Source: a virus. Taken from it: DNA of 64,000 bases. Under the pieces are notes generated by a model. It made no database searches. It was not told where the DNA came from and saw nothing but the letters and a program-made list of their open reading frames with translations. Position numbers and translations under genes: made by a program. The stretch lies in IMG/VR virus record IMGVR_UViG_3300030379_000259; one strand, given 5' to 3'. Below, one piece after another: positions 28,644 to 37,900 of this stretch (its first letter is position 1; each line of letters begins with the position of its first letter).

Positions 28644-29258
28644 TTACCAAACGAAGTTTTGTTCGTGTGACCAAAACCCGACTTGATTGTTTTGTGCTTG
28701 TTGTTTAATTATTTCGAAAGACAAGGCATATTTGACATTCGGCTCAATTTCCATTGTGTTCGCGAACCCTTTTGCCAACAACATTGCGTTGAACATATGA
28801 CTGCTCAACTCGTTAAGTGATGTTGTGTTCGTCGAATTGTCAAGCCACACATAAGCAAGCGTTCTGCCGTATTTGTCTGTTCGTCCTGCATCATATTCCA
28901 GATACACCGTCTTTCCCGGCGTCAGTACGGATTTCGTATAAGCCGAAGCCTCTCTCCCCTCAGCACAATTTTTTGATTCACTGTTGCTTACGGACTCCGG
29001 CGTGTTAACGCCAATGAGTCTAACCTTTTGCTCTTGGCCTGAAGTGTTACTGGTCACCAGTGTGTCTCCATCCACCACGCGCACAACTGTCGCTTTTTCT
29101 GTTTGTTCAGAATTTTGCGATGTTCGCCGTGAAACAGTCGCGGTGACAGTGGTTGATTCCACAGGCTTGGCTTCGTGTAAATTTCTACACGCAAAGCCAA
29201 TTCCAACAATTAAAGCCACACATAGCAAAAATGTCAATACTCTTTTCAAGATAACCAC
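28644..29258 (-). CDS. thermonuclease (staphylococcal nuclease-like, SNc)
   Basis: VVRVVDGDTL...VRLIGVNTPE...YDAGRTDKYGRTLAYVWL pattern of SNase; N-terminal membrane anchor. Confidence 0.75.
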   Translation of the reverse strand: MVILKRVLTFLLCVALIVGIGFACRNLHEAKPVESTTVTATVSRRTSQNSEQTEKATVVRVVDGDTLVTSNTSGQEQKVRLIGVNTPESVSNSESKNCAEGREASAYTKSVLTPGKTVYLEYDAGRTDKYGRTLAYVWLDNSTNTTSLNELSSHMFNAMLLAKGFANTMEIEPNVKYALSFEIIKQQAQNNQVGFWSHEQNFVW

Positions 29259-29273
29259 ATCCTTCCGATATAG

Positions 29274-29792
29274 TTATACCATACTGAGCACCAGCGCGAA
29301 AAGAGTACCAATCGAAATAAACGGAACAAACGCCGCCATTTTTAGTTTTTCTTTCTTTCTGATTCGATAAATAAGCGCGTACAGAAGATACGAAACGCAG
29401 GTTCCGATTAGCATGTATGGCAAATATGTAAACCCTGTCACTAAAGACACGGCAGCGAACACCCAAATATCAGCGCCACCGATTGCATTCTTGCCCTTAA
29501 TTTTAATCATAGCCAAAGCCAGAATAAAGACAAATACAATCAAACCCGTCAATCCGTGATTGATTAAATATTGCTTCCACGGGATCTCTGCAGCGTGAAC
29601 GGAACGCAAATATGTATTTTCAGCTAAAGCGCATAATACCACATTCACGATTGCAAGTGGATACAAACACCCCGTCTGCCAATATTCAAGTTGATGCTTC
29701 TTGATGTCAACAACTGATAAATATGTCAGATATCCTAAAAAGCCGAGAGTTAGAATGAAATAAATCACTCCAACCGCGCCTGTATGAAACAT
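29274..29792 (-). CDS. prepilin peptidase (A24, TadV/CpaA-like)
   Basis: Start at internal MFHTGAV; polytopic; first Asp region LSVVDIKKHQL and second GGADIWVFAA. Confidence 0.55.
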   Translation of the reverse strand: MFHTGAVGVIYFILTLGFLGYLTYLSVVDIKKHQLEYWQTGCLYPLAIVNVVLCALAENTYLRSVHAAEIPWKQYLINHGLTGLIVFVFILALAMIKIKGKNAIGGADIWVFAAVSLVTGFTYLPYMLIGTCVSYLLYALIYRIRKKEKLKMAAFVPFISIGTLFALVLSMV

Positions 29793-29823
29793 GACTGTCA
29801 AAATTAAATTCCTCCTATTTTTT

Positions 29824-30420
29824 TTAGCTTCCCTGGTCAGCATACCCGCCAGTGTTTCCAGATACATTATTGGAATCTTCTCCAACATTCTGTACAAATT
29901 CGTAACTGGAAGTAAAATCAATTTTTCCGGTTGAAATTTTTGTTGGCTTTTCGGCCAATGCCAATTTAGTTGTGTATGAGATCTTTGCCGTTACAGTAAA
30001 GTCAACCTTAAAGCTATGATCTGTTGCATCTTTGGTAATAGACTTGATGTTAATGTCATCAAGACTAATTGTAAACCCGTTGCCAACAAGCTGATTGTTT
30101 TCTTCATTCGTTTTAAAGTTCGGGTTCTTCTCGAGAAAATACAGATATTTGTTCTTAAGGGTTGTCCCCTGCTCTTCCAGCTTCGCCTCAAGATCACCCT
30201 GATACGACCCGCTCTGGAAATCAGAGAGTGAGTCATATGTTTCTCTTTGCAGTGTCGTTTCTAACATTGTAAGAGAATGTTCAAATGCGCGCGTCACAGT
30301 ATAATGTGTGTTAAGCATATATACAACTTGAATCATTGTAAATGCCACGAGAATGATCATAACGCAAATTGCGCTTCCGCCAATAATGGATGCACGCTTG
30401 TTTTTTAGAGTAGATTGCAT
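29824..30420 (-). CDS. TadE/TadG-like pseudopilin
   Basis: N-terminal KRASIIGGSAICVMIILVAFTMI hydrophobic segment, then a soluble domain. Confidence 0.4.
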   Translation of the reverse strand: MQSTLKNKRASIIGGSAICVMIILVAFTMIQVVYMLNTHYTVTRAFEHSLTMLETTLQRETYDSLSDFQSGSYQGDLEAKLEEQGTTLKNKYLYFLEKNPNFKTNEENNQLVGNGFTISLDDINIKSITKDATDHSFKVDFTVTAKISYTTKLALAEKPTKISTGKIDFTSSYEFVQNVGEDSNNVSGNTGGYADQGS

Positions 30421-30432
30421 AATACAGCCCCC

Positions 30433-30897
30433 TTACTCCGACTTGAAGTAAACTTCACCAACGCCGGAAGAAGTGGCTGACAGCGTTGTTTTTACGGCTT
30501 TGCCGCCCACATGGAACAAGACCACCTGCGCTGAAGTGTGCACAGTAAATTCATCGCCCAGGTTCACACCATATTGCCCGGCTTTGGAGTCACTTGTTAG
30601 CAGCAAGTCATCATAATGATAATAACTTGTATTCTCAGACTCTGTGTGAAAGCGAATCTCCAGAGAACCCGTCTCGATCCGTTTGCCAAGCTGTTTTGCC
30701 GCAGTGTCATAAATTTCTTCGCTTTTTGCATTATCGATTTCGCCACACACCGACACAGTTCTGGCAACATTATTTGCCACGATGTTCATGGTGTAAATGG
30801 AGAACACGTTGATAGTTAATTCAATGAGAATAACCACCAAGATAACTGCAATCGAGAAGAAGATTATAAAATCCGTTGATTGAGCAAAAGCCATTTT
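30433..30897 (-). CDS. TadE-like pseudopilin
   Basis: Start MAFAQSTDFIIFFSIAVILVVILIEL resembles Flp/TadE N-terminal motif (STE/D + hydrophobic run). TTG start at 30930 is an alternative. Confidence 0.45.
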   Translation of the reverse strand, partial: KMAFAQSTDFIIFFSIAVILVVILIELTINVFSIYTMNIVANNVARTVSVCGEIDNAKSEEIYDTAAKQLGKRIETGSLEIRFHTESENTSYYHYDDLLLTSDSKAGQYGVNLGDEFTVHTSAQVVLFHVGGKAVKTTLSATSSGVGEVYFKSE

Positions 30898-30946
30898 CTC
30901 TTTTAGCTTCTGCTTGATTTGTGTCAATATAGTAAACCACCTCTTT

Positions 30947-31657
30947 CTAAGCCACTTGCAAACAAATATTTGTATCGGCATTGTCTGTGTCGTAGTAATA
31001 ATCTGTAAAGAAAGTTGGACTCTTTTTTTTGAATGCCTGAACAACCTTTTCAATACGTGTTCTCACTTGCTTTTCAGACAACCCATATTTTACGCCAACG
31101 GCTTTATCCGATTTTACTTTATCCGGATCTGAAAACTTATATAACAGCAGCTCCCCATCATCAATAGCAGCCACATCATGTAGCAAGGTCTTATTCATTA
31201 TTTCCTGCTCTGTTTCGTTATGGTCTTTACTCTTTCGACCCAGCACATAGTTCTGAACTGGGACTGATTTCATCTCATCGCGTCGTTCTTTTGGGATGTT
31301 CCCCGTTACTTTTAAAAAGCCGGATTTTTTTTCATTCTTAAACGCGGCATCCAGGGCTTTATTTAAATAATTCAAAAACGGACCATCCGGCTCACGATAA
31401 TTGCTCACACATTTCTGTATTGTCACAAAATATAGAGAATTAAAATCATCCACCGAACAGTATGGCAAATATGCATTCTTCATTGCTACTTGAATTTTGT
31501 TTTTCACTTTACACTGTCGATAACACAACGCAATCAACTCTTGTGAAGCTTTGCCAACTTCATGATCACGAGCGGCCATCGCCGTCACGTCAACCCTTTT
31601 TGCGGACGTATATGCCTTTGTATTGACCACATTTGCCAAATTGTATCCGTTTACCAT
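30947..31657 (-). CDS. divergent sigma-70 family (ECF-like) sigma factor
   Basis: Region 2-like DFNSLYFVTIQKCVSNYREPDGPFLNYLNKAL and region 4-like HTH YGLSEKQVRTRIEKVVQAFKK. Confidence 0.45.
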   Translation of the reverse strand: MVNGYNLANVVNTKAYTSAKRVDVTAMAARDHEVGKASQELIALCYRQCKVKNKIQVAMKNAYLPYCSVDDFNSLYFVTIQKCVSNYREPDGPFLNYLNKALDAAFKNEKKSGFLKVTGNIPKERRDEMKSVPVQNYVLGRKSKDHNETEQEIMNKTLLHDVAAIDDGELLLYKFSDPDKVKSDKAVGVKYGLSEKQVRTRIEKVVQAFKKKSPTFFTDYYYDTDNADTNICLQVA

Positions 31658-31671
31658 AAAATTTTTACCTA

Positions 31672-31712
31672 CCTTTGAAAAAATAAAGGAGAACCGTACA
31701 GACGGCCCTCCT
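31672..31712 (-). terminator. terminator hairpin between hyp gene and sigma-like gene
   Basis: Stem GGAGGGCCG/CGGUUCUCC then UUUAUUUUUUC. Confidence 0.45.
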
Positions 31713-31737
31713 GATTGACTACTTGTGAATATTACTG

Positions 31738-32097
31738 CTACTTTGCGTAACGCTCAATAGCTTCCTGTGTTGGTTCCAAGGTACCAACAATGTATTTCCT
31801 CATTGCCTCCTCAAAATAATGCTTAAAGACAACATATTGATTGGAGTCGCATTTCATTAAGATACAGTACGTTCTTTTCGCATAGCTTTTCTTTGTGACC
31901 TCTGAAATATCCAAAATATTGATATTTTTCAGCCTATTATCCTTCATCTTTGCGAACATAATTATTGGCTTAACATTTACTTCCTGATTATCCTTTAAGC
32001 AGTAATAAATCGTAAGATTATGCGGTTTGGTATCTTGAAGTGACTTCGGCAGTTGTTTGCTCGGTCCCTTGCTTCTCATGGTGATTTTTTGTTTCAA
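31738..32097 (-). CDS. hypothetical protein
   Basis: ORF, 119 aa, Lys-rich. Confidence 0.45.
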   Translation of the reverse strand: MKQKITMRSKGPSKQLPKSLQDTKPHNLTIYYCLKDNQEVNVKPIIMFAKMKDNRLKNINILDISEVTKKSYAKRTYCILMKCDSNQYVVFKHYFEEAMRKYIVGTLEPTQEAIERYAK

Positions 32098-33014
32098 GCT
32101 TTTCCCTCCTGTTTTTGTTTTAGCGTTTCGTTTGCACTATTGATTGCAGCAATTTTGGCACTCTTTGCTGTCTTCCTGGTCTTGATCAATTGTACGATAG
32201 TGTTAATCAGGTTCCATGTGTAAGTTACGATAAAATAGAAACTAATCACGATTGGCGTATTAAACACAATCGTTGCAGTCAACGCCAAAAATGCCGTGTT
32301 CAAAATTGGCTGCGTTAACATCATAGCCTTACCTGCCGGTTTGAGTTTCTTAAAGCTTAATCGCATTTTTTCAATGCTCTGCCACAACCCAATAATGTAT
32401 TGTAAAACATACAAAACCATAGCCAATGTGGGGATAGACATCAACTGAGGATTATCCTTTACCGGTGGCACCAAATAGGTTTTTAATGAGCCCAAAGAAA
32501 AGGAGTCTCTTAAATCATAAAGCTTTTGAATGTCCGCTTTAGACACTCCGCCCTTTTCAAAGTCCGGCTCATACTTTTCCAGATCCTTTAACACACGAAT
32601 TTCCGTGTATGGTGTGGACTTCTCTTCTTTGTCCATATATATTTGTGTAATGGTAGTTGCCGTATCCTTTTCAACCACATGAAAATTAGAAATGGGCTTA
32701 AATGTTGTAACCATTACTGCCACAATAGCAAAGTCAATAATGATTAATGCCACTTTGGATAGAAATGTTAAATATGGATTGTAATTGGATTCCTTGTAGT
32801 ATTCGTAAATTTTATCAGAGAGCACATTTCTGTCCCCGCCAGCCTCTTTTTGAAGCTGTGCGATCTTCTCGTCTCTAACAGCCTTTTCTTCACTTTGCTT
32901 TTTACTGTATTTATTCAAAAATATACGAATGATTTTAGTTACCAAACAAAGACAGATGATAAAAGCGGGATAACAAGTAATTGGAATGCCTAAAAGCCGA
33001 ACTGTGGCTAACAT
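32094..33014 (-). CDS. YidC/Oxa1-family membrane insertase-like
   Basis: TM1 then a Lys/Gln-rich amphipathic stretch; YYKESNYNPY..L..ALIII matches the YidC YKEHGVNPL..CLP..IQMPI..ALY pattern; NPQLMSIPT region; basic C-terminal tail. Confidence 0.55.
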   Translation of the reverse strand: MLATVRLLGIPITCYPAFIICLCLVTKIIRIFLNKYSKKQSEEKAVRDEKIAQLQKEAGGDRNVLSDKIYEYYKESNYNPYLTFLSKVALIIIDFAIVAVMVTTFKPISNFHVVEKDTATTITQIYMDKEEKSTPYTEIRVLKDLEKYEPDFEKGGVSKADIQKLYDLRDSFSLGSLKTYLVPPVKDNPQLMSIPTLAMVLYVLQYIIGLWQSIEKMRLSFKKLKPAGKAMMLTQPILNTAFLALTATIVFNTPIVISFYFIVTYTWNLINTIVQLIKTRKTAKSAKIAAINSANETLKQKQEGKA

Positions 33015-33029
33015 AAAAAACCTCCTGAC

Positions 33030-33058
33030 AAAAGAAAAAAGGAATACTCGCGTACTCC
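33030..33058 (-). terminator. leader hairpin + U-tract upstream of the YidC-like gene (attenuator-like)
   Basis: GGAGUAC-GCGA-GUAUUCC, then UUUUUUCUUUUG, then AGGAGG and ATG; near-identical architecture to the 45066-45099 element. Confidence 0.45.
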
Positions 33059-33117
33059 TTTCAAAAAAATATTAAGTTAAATGAAAGCAGCCACTGACCG
33101 CCATTGTTGACCTATGG

Positions 33118-33132
33118 ATAATTATAACACAA
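33118..33132 (-). promoter_or_regulatory. extended -10 promoter (RC TGTGTTATAATTATC)
   Basis: Upstream of the YidC-like gene. Confidence 0.45.
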
Positions 33133-33375
33133 AAAGAAAAACTTGCCAAACCACGTTCATTTTAAGCAAAAATAAAACTTTTTGATTCCAAAGTTACTGA
33201 AAGGGAAAATTAATTATGGAATTATTCAACAACAAAAATCCAAATGAAATTACATATGGATATGATAAAAGCGTTTTACCGATGTAATTAAAAAGCAATA
33301 AATGCATCCTTTGCGGGTACTTTTTCTTTATTGCGAAAAATATGTTATAATTAAATTAATAAGTTAATACAAACG

Positions 33376-33415
33376 AGGCAGTTATTCGTGTAGGCGGGTA
33401 TCTGCCTCTTTTTTG
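33376..33415 (+). terminator. plus-strand-oriented hairpin + T6 upstream of the zinc-ribbon gene
   Basis: GAGGCAG..CTGCCTC then TTTTTT. Confidence 0.35.
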
Positions 33416-33480
33416 TAAATTCAAAAAAAATAAAAAGATAAAAACCCCTCGTTATTGCGAGGTGGAAAGGAAACAAAACA

Positions 33481-33789
33481 ATGAAAGAAAAATTCATGAA
33501 TGCACATATTAGCGGTTTAAAATGTGATAACCCTAACTGCAATTGGGCGGACCCTTCGATCCAACTGAACGAATACCCTGATTGGGTTGGAAGAGGATGT
33601 CCACTTTGCGGCGAAGTTGTTCTTACAAATGAGGCTTGGCAAACAGTACAAAAAATCATTTGTATTGAAAACGCTGTGAATAAATTTTCAGGAATGTTAA
33701 AGCCTTCATCAAAAAATGGGCAAGCCAAGGTCGGAGTAAGATTCACTCTTGATAAAAAAGGAAAAATTCATTTTAAAGGAGAAAAATAA
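33481..33789 (+). CDS. small zinc-ribbon protein (only convincing plus-strand gene)
   Basis: GGTGGAAAGG RBS; CDNPNC...CPLC Cys4 motif; terminator-like hairpin at 33851-33880. Confidence 0.55.
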   Translation: MKEKFMNAHISGLKCDNPNCNWADPSIQLNEYPDWVGRGCPLCGEVVLTNEAWQTVQKIICIENAVNKFSGMLKPSSKNGQAKVGVRFTLDKKGKIHFKGEK

Positions 33790-33850
33790 AGATGGCAAGC
33801 CTTTGAAATATGAAGAATTTTGTAAAAACTTTATTTTAAATAAGAAAAAA

Positions 33851-33880
33851 GCACTCATATAGGGTGCTTTTTCTTCTTTT
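33851..33880. terminator. bidirectional-looking terminator hairpin
   Basis: AGCACTC-ATATAG-GGTGCT flanked by A-run and T-run. Confidence 0.4.
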
Positions 33881-34094
33881 GCTAAAGATGATATTAATAA
33901 ACAAGAATATTCAAAGAGGCGTGATTGTGATTAATTTTAAATGTGGTCTGACAAAAATCTAATTTGTCACAATTGGCATCTTCCTCACGGAAACAGGCAT
34001 CGACCTTATACGGAGACGATTAACACTCAAATAGCAAAATGGAGTATCTTGTTCTTTATTGGATCCCAACCGCCCTTCTTGAGGCATCTCCGTC

Positions 34095-34108
34095 AATAAT
34101 TATAACAT
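34095..34108 (-). promoter_or_regulatory. extended -10 promoter (RC TATGTTATAATTATT) with no obvious downstream CDS
   Basis: Would drive a ~230-nt transcript antisense to the 3' flank of the zinc-ribbon gene. Confidence 0.3.
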
Positions 34109-34320
34109 AATTTTCAGTGTCTCTAAAATATAGTTTACATCACAAAGAAAGCCGCCAATGCAGATTGCAAAGGCGGCTTTTGTATTGACAACACGGAATA
34201 CGTGTTCTAAAATGCTATTGGACGGAAGTCCCAGAGACGCTCCGGAAAGGAGCGTTAGAATGCTTGGCAATTCAACTTTGTTGCGTTTAGTAAAGGCTGT
34301 CATCGTCTTGCTGCTTGTAG

Positions 34321-34464
34321 CTAGTGGAGTTTGTTCGTCGTACTCAGTATGCTCAAAGTGTACACAAAGAGAGAAAGTAAAGCCTTGCTCAGTCTCGGCT
34401 TGCTTTTCTTTGAGTGTGGGCTACAGGCGTACTTCGACGATTGACGTAGCATCCGACGCTTCAT
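34321..34464 (-). CDS. small protein (47 aa) with a C-terminal hydrophobic helix
   Basis: Promoter at 34531-34542; GGAGGAA RBS; ATG MKRRMLRQSSKYACSPHSKKSKPRLSKALLSLFVYTLSILSTTNKLH. Confidence 0.35.
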   Translation of the reverse strand: MKRRMLRQSSKYACSPHSKKSKPRLSKALLSLFVYTLSILSTTNKLH

Positions 34465-34530
34465 TGGAGAAGTTCCTCCCTTCCGAAGAACCAATTCAAG
34501 TGAAATAAAGGAGCGTCTCTGTGTATGAAA

Positions 34531-34542
34531 ATTATAACACAT
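34531..34542 (-). promoter_or_regulatory. extended -10 promoter (RC TGTGTTATAATT)
   Basis: About 60 nt upstream of the small ORF start. Confidence 0.4.
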
Positions 34543-34615
34543 TTGCTCTCCGCGGCAAAATATAATACACTGCAAAACAAACTAAAAAAGACTGCCCTCT
34601 CGGACAGTCTTTTTT

Positions 34616-34909
34616 CTACTTTAACGTTACGCCTCGTAATTCGTGATCCGGATATTTAGCCGTATCTTCGGTGTAGTTATTTGCAGTGTACTCTTCGCTC
34701 CACCCGGATGCTTCCGGTTGAGTAGTTAAATCGACATCAGTGTCAGATTTATGTGCAAACAAAATGCCCAAAATAACAGATACGATACAGATCACGATAA
34801 TCACAACGACGATGATTTTATTCTTCCGTTTATCGCCTTGCGGCAGATCCACAACATCATCCGCGTCTGCGTCAATGATGCTGCGGTCTTTTTTCTCTTT
34901 TTGTTTCAT
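34616..34909 (-). CDS. small single-pass membrane protein
   Basis: Start MKQKEKK after GGAGGG; TM IIVVVIIVICIVSVILGILFA; immediately downstream of the giant gene. Confidence 0.5.
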   Translation of the reverse strand: MKQKEKKDRSIIDADADDVVDLPQGDKRKNKIIVVVIIVICIVSVILGILFAHKSDTDVDLTTQPEASGWSEEYTANNYTEDTAKYPDHELRGVTLK

Positions 34910-34920
34910 AATACCCTCCA

Positions 34921-34945
34921 CAGGGGCGCATTCAGCGCCCCTGTC
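34921..34945 (-). promoter_or_regulatory. intercistronic stem-loop between giant gene stop and next RBS
   Basis: CAGGGGCGC-UGAAU-GCGCCCCUG with no U-tract on the minus strand; likely an RNA stabiliser or processing hairpin. Confidence 0.4.
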
Positions 34946-34952
34946 TTTGTTT

Positions 34953-37900
34953 TTACCACGGAGAAGTCTCACGTGTCTTGAAGTCGTCAAACAGGCTTCC
35001 GTTGATCTTTACGGCGTTTGAATCACCAACATAGCTTAACATACCACTTGGCGTCCAGCAATCAGCCACACGAACCTGGATCTTGTAGTCCGTATCGTTT
35101 GGATACCATACCGGTACATGGTGCAGTGAACGTGCGTTGCTGTCCTCATCCTCATATTCCATAAACTTAAACCAATATGGGTTTTCGTTCGTGTTGGCAC
35201 CAGTAGGACGTAATGATGCATAAGGTCCAAAATACTTTCTGTCAGTTGGAGCCGATTTGAATCCATACATCGCATACAACGCTGAGTATTTACCATTTAT
35301 TGTTTGGTAATTGTACTCTGGGTAATACGCCAATGCAGATTGCGCATTTACGCAACTACCATTTGGTAAAGCAGGATCCTTTTTACGCTGTGGCGTTAAG
35401 TTCGCTGTCACTCGACTCTCAAGACTGTAACCGCTTTTGGTTTCCCAGTAATTCTCGTCGTTATTGTTTTCGACTTTTTTGCTTGGGTTCTGAGCACTGC
35501 CTGCACCGGTAGATGCCAGCGGTTTTAACAGATTTTCTTGGAAGCCAAGTCTTGCTGTGTAAGTATGCAGTTTAAACACTCCATTTTCGCAGGTGTATTC
35601 CTGCCATGAAGTCGTGTTCGCATACGGCTTGTCATTTGTCGGATCTTTATAAGAATATCCATCTCCACCATTCAGGTTATAACCTTCATAATTTGTGAAA
35701 CTGGTATCGTCAAGATCGTTTAGCTGCACAAGGTTTTTATCTTGCAGCCCCGAGTCACAATACACAAACTGTCCATTCTCCTCGTCATTATAACGTAGCT
35801 GAACCCACGGTATAATTCCATAAAATTTATACCCCAGATTACCATAAGATCTATCGATCGAACTAACAGCAGGCGTTCGAACAGTATAATAAATCAGATT
35901 GTTCTTTTCAGCTGGCACCACAGCAGTTCTGGCGGCGTACTGACAGTTGTATCGACCAATCAATTTCTTATCGTATTTGACTTCCACATTTTCAATGGCT
36001 TCATACTGCCACTCTCCTGTGTTTAAATTATACAATTTAGCATACAGACCACCAGTCGCATTCAAAGCATTTTGATCGGTAAAGTTTTTCGTGCTGTGGT
36101 TATCCACTATAAAGGACGTTACAACATCCGTGCCATATGAATACTTTGCATTTGGATATTGGAATTTAACATCCACGGGCAGATACTTTTCATTGACATA
36201 ACAACCGACATTGTAAGTAGCACCTTTACTTCCGTCTGTCGGAACCCCACCAAACAAACTGATGTGCTTTTTATCTGAATCTTTATGTCCTGGTACTTCA
36301 TAGCACAATTGATACTTCAAATTAGCTGTACCACTTGGCCCACACCCAAACCACATTGTTGATGGTTCTAAATAATACGCTGTCAGAGAATCTAAAAGTT
36401 CTTTCGGGAAGTAATAGCTAAATACAAATGGGAAATCTTCTTTGTTATAGTAAGAAGAAAGCTTTGTGTTTGCTTGTACTCCGCTTGAAACAGCAAATCC
36501 CATGTTTTCAATTTGTTCTTCTGGACTCAATGCAAAGACCTCTCCAAACTGTGCTGCCCAAGAGTTTTCATCGATCGTATCGCGATTTGTTTCCGGTCCG
36601 TACAGCATTTTCGCAAACTCTAATTCCGTCATTGTGTCGGAGCTAACATTTTTCTCTTTTACAGCACTGTCTGGGATTGCATACGGCAATAGATCCACCT
36701 GTCTCTTTAATGGGTCAATCGGATCCGTAGAGCCACCAGCGGTTTCATATGCTTCTTTTGACAGATAGGTGTTGACGACTATGCCAGCCGTACACTCAAC
36801 GTCAAATGAGTGGTCTGCAGTAATATTTTCAAAGGTATAGCTACCACCACTCCAGTACTTATAAACGTCACTGATTGTTTTTTCAGTGTCGAGTCCTTTA
36901 TCAATCACAATCTTATTTACCATAAATCCGTCATTTGGCGTAAACTCAATGGTTTTTGTTTCGCCATACTTAATTTTGGTAATTGTATCTGTGATTGTGC
37001 CGTTCGTGATGCTTGTTGTAATAGTGTATGTTCTTGTACAAACAACATCAACCGTATGGTTAGCACTCAAAGTTCCGGGAATTGAAATTTTACCGCTTTT
37101 GTTGTCACCCGTCCACACTAATTGTGCGCCTGTTAACTTTTCGCCAGAATTTAATTCCTTTCCATCAATTTTAACAGAAGTAATCTGATAACCAGGATCC
37201 GGCGTAAATGTAACAACAGAGTCAGCACCCGCGATATTTTTGTAATTACCAGCACGCAGTCCAGTCACCGTTTTGGTAATTGTACCATTCTGGATGCTGG
37301 TCTTTATCTGATAAGTTTTTAGATCCATTTCGGCTGTATAATGTTCTACGGTTTCATAACCAAGAGGCTTGGAACCTTGGACATCACTCTTAAATGTAAA
37401 AATGTTGTTCGCAGTTGTTCCATTTGGTGTCACGCGAGTTGATGTTCCAAACAAGCCAAACAGTCTACGGTCATCATTTTCGAGGGTTTTATCCACAGAT
37501 GACAAAAGACGTACACTCATCTTGTATGGATGTGTATTCTTTGGATAGGCCGGATTACTGCCGTCATTATCTTCAAACTTATATCCGACATAAATGAAGT
37601 TTGACTTACCAACATCCTTTGTGGTGGCATCTAAAGAGCAGTTTGCGTTTAGGGTATAGATATAGCCATCTGCATCCGTCAGGAGATCGTTATCCTCGTT
37701 AATAACAGTAGCATTACCATCTGGAGAAACATTATAGTCCTTTAGCACCGCTAGTGGTGTTGCAATTTTGCTTGTATACAAATTCAAATACTGAAGCGTA
37801 TTATCCAGAGTTACACGAGCGGTTGCGTTTTGAGCGTCCTCTCGGTTTGTAACCTGAGCAGTTGCAAGATTATCTATATTGGTAACTTTCGTCTTCAACT

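Noticed and set aside
33351-33746. 131-aa minus-strand ORF
   Set aside because: Overlaps antisense to the plus-strand zinc-ribbon gene, which has a good RBS and terminators; no motif.
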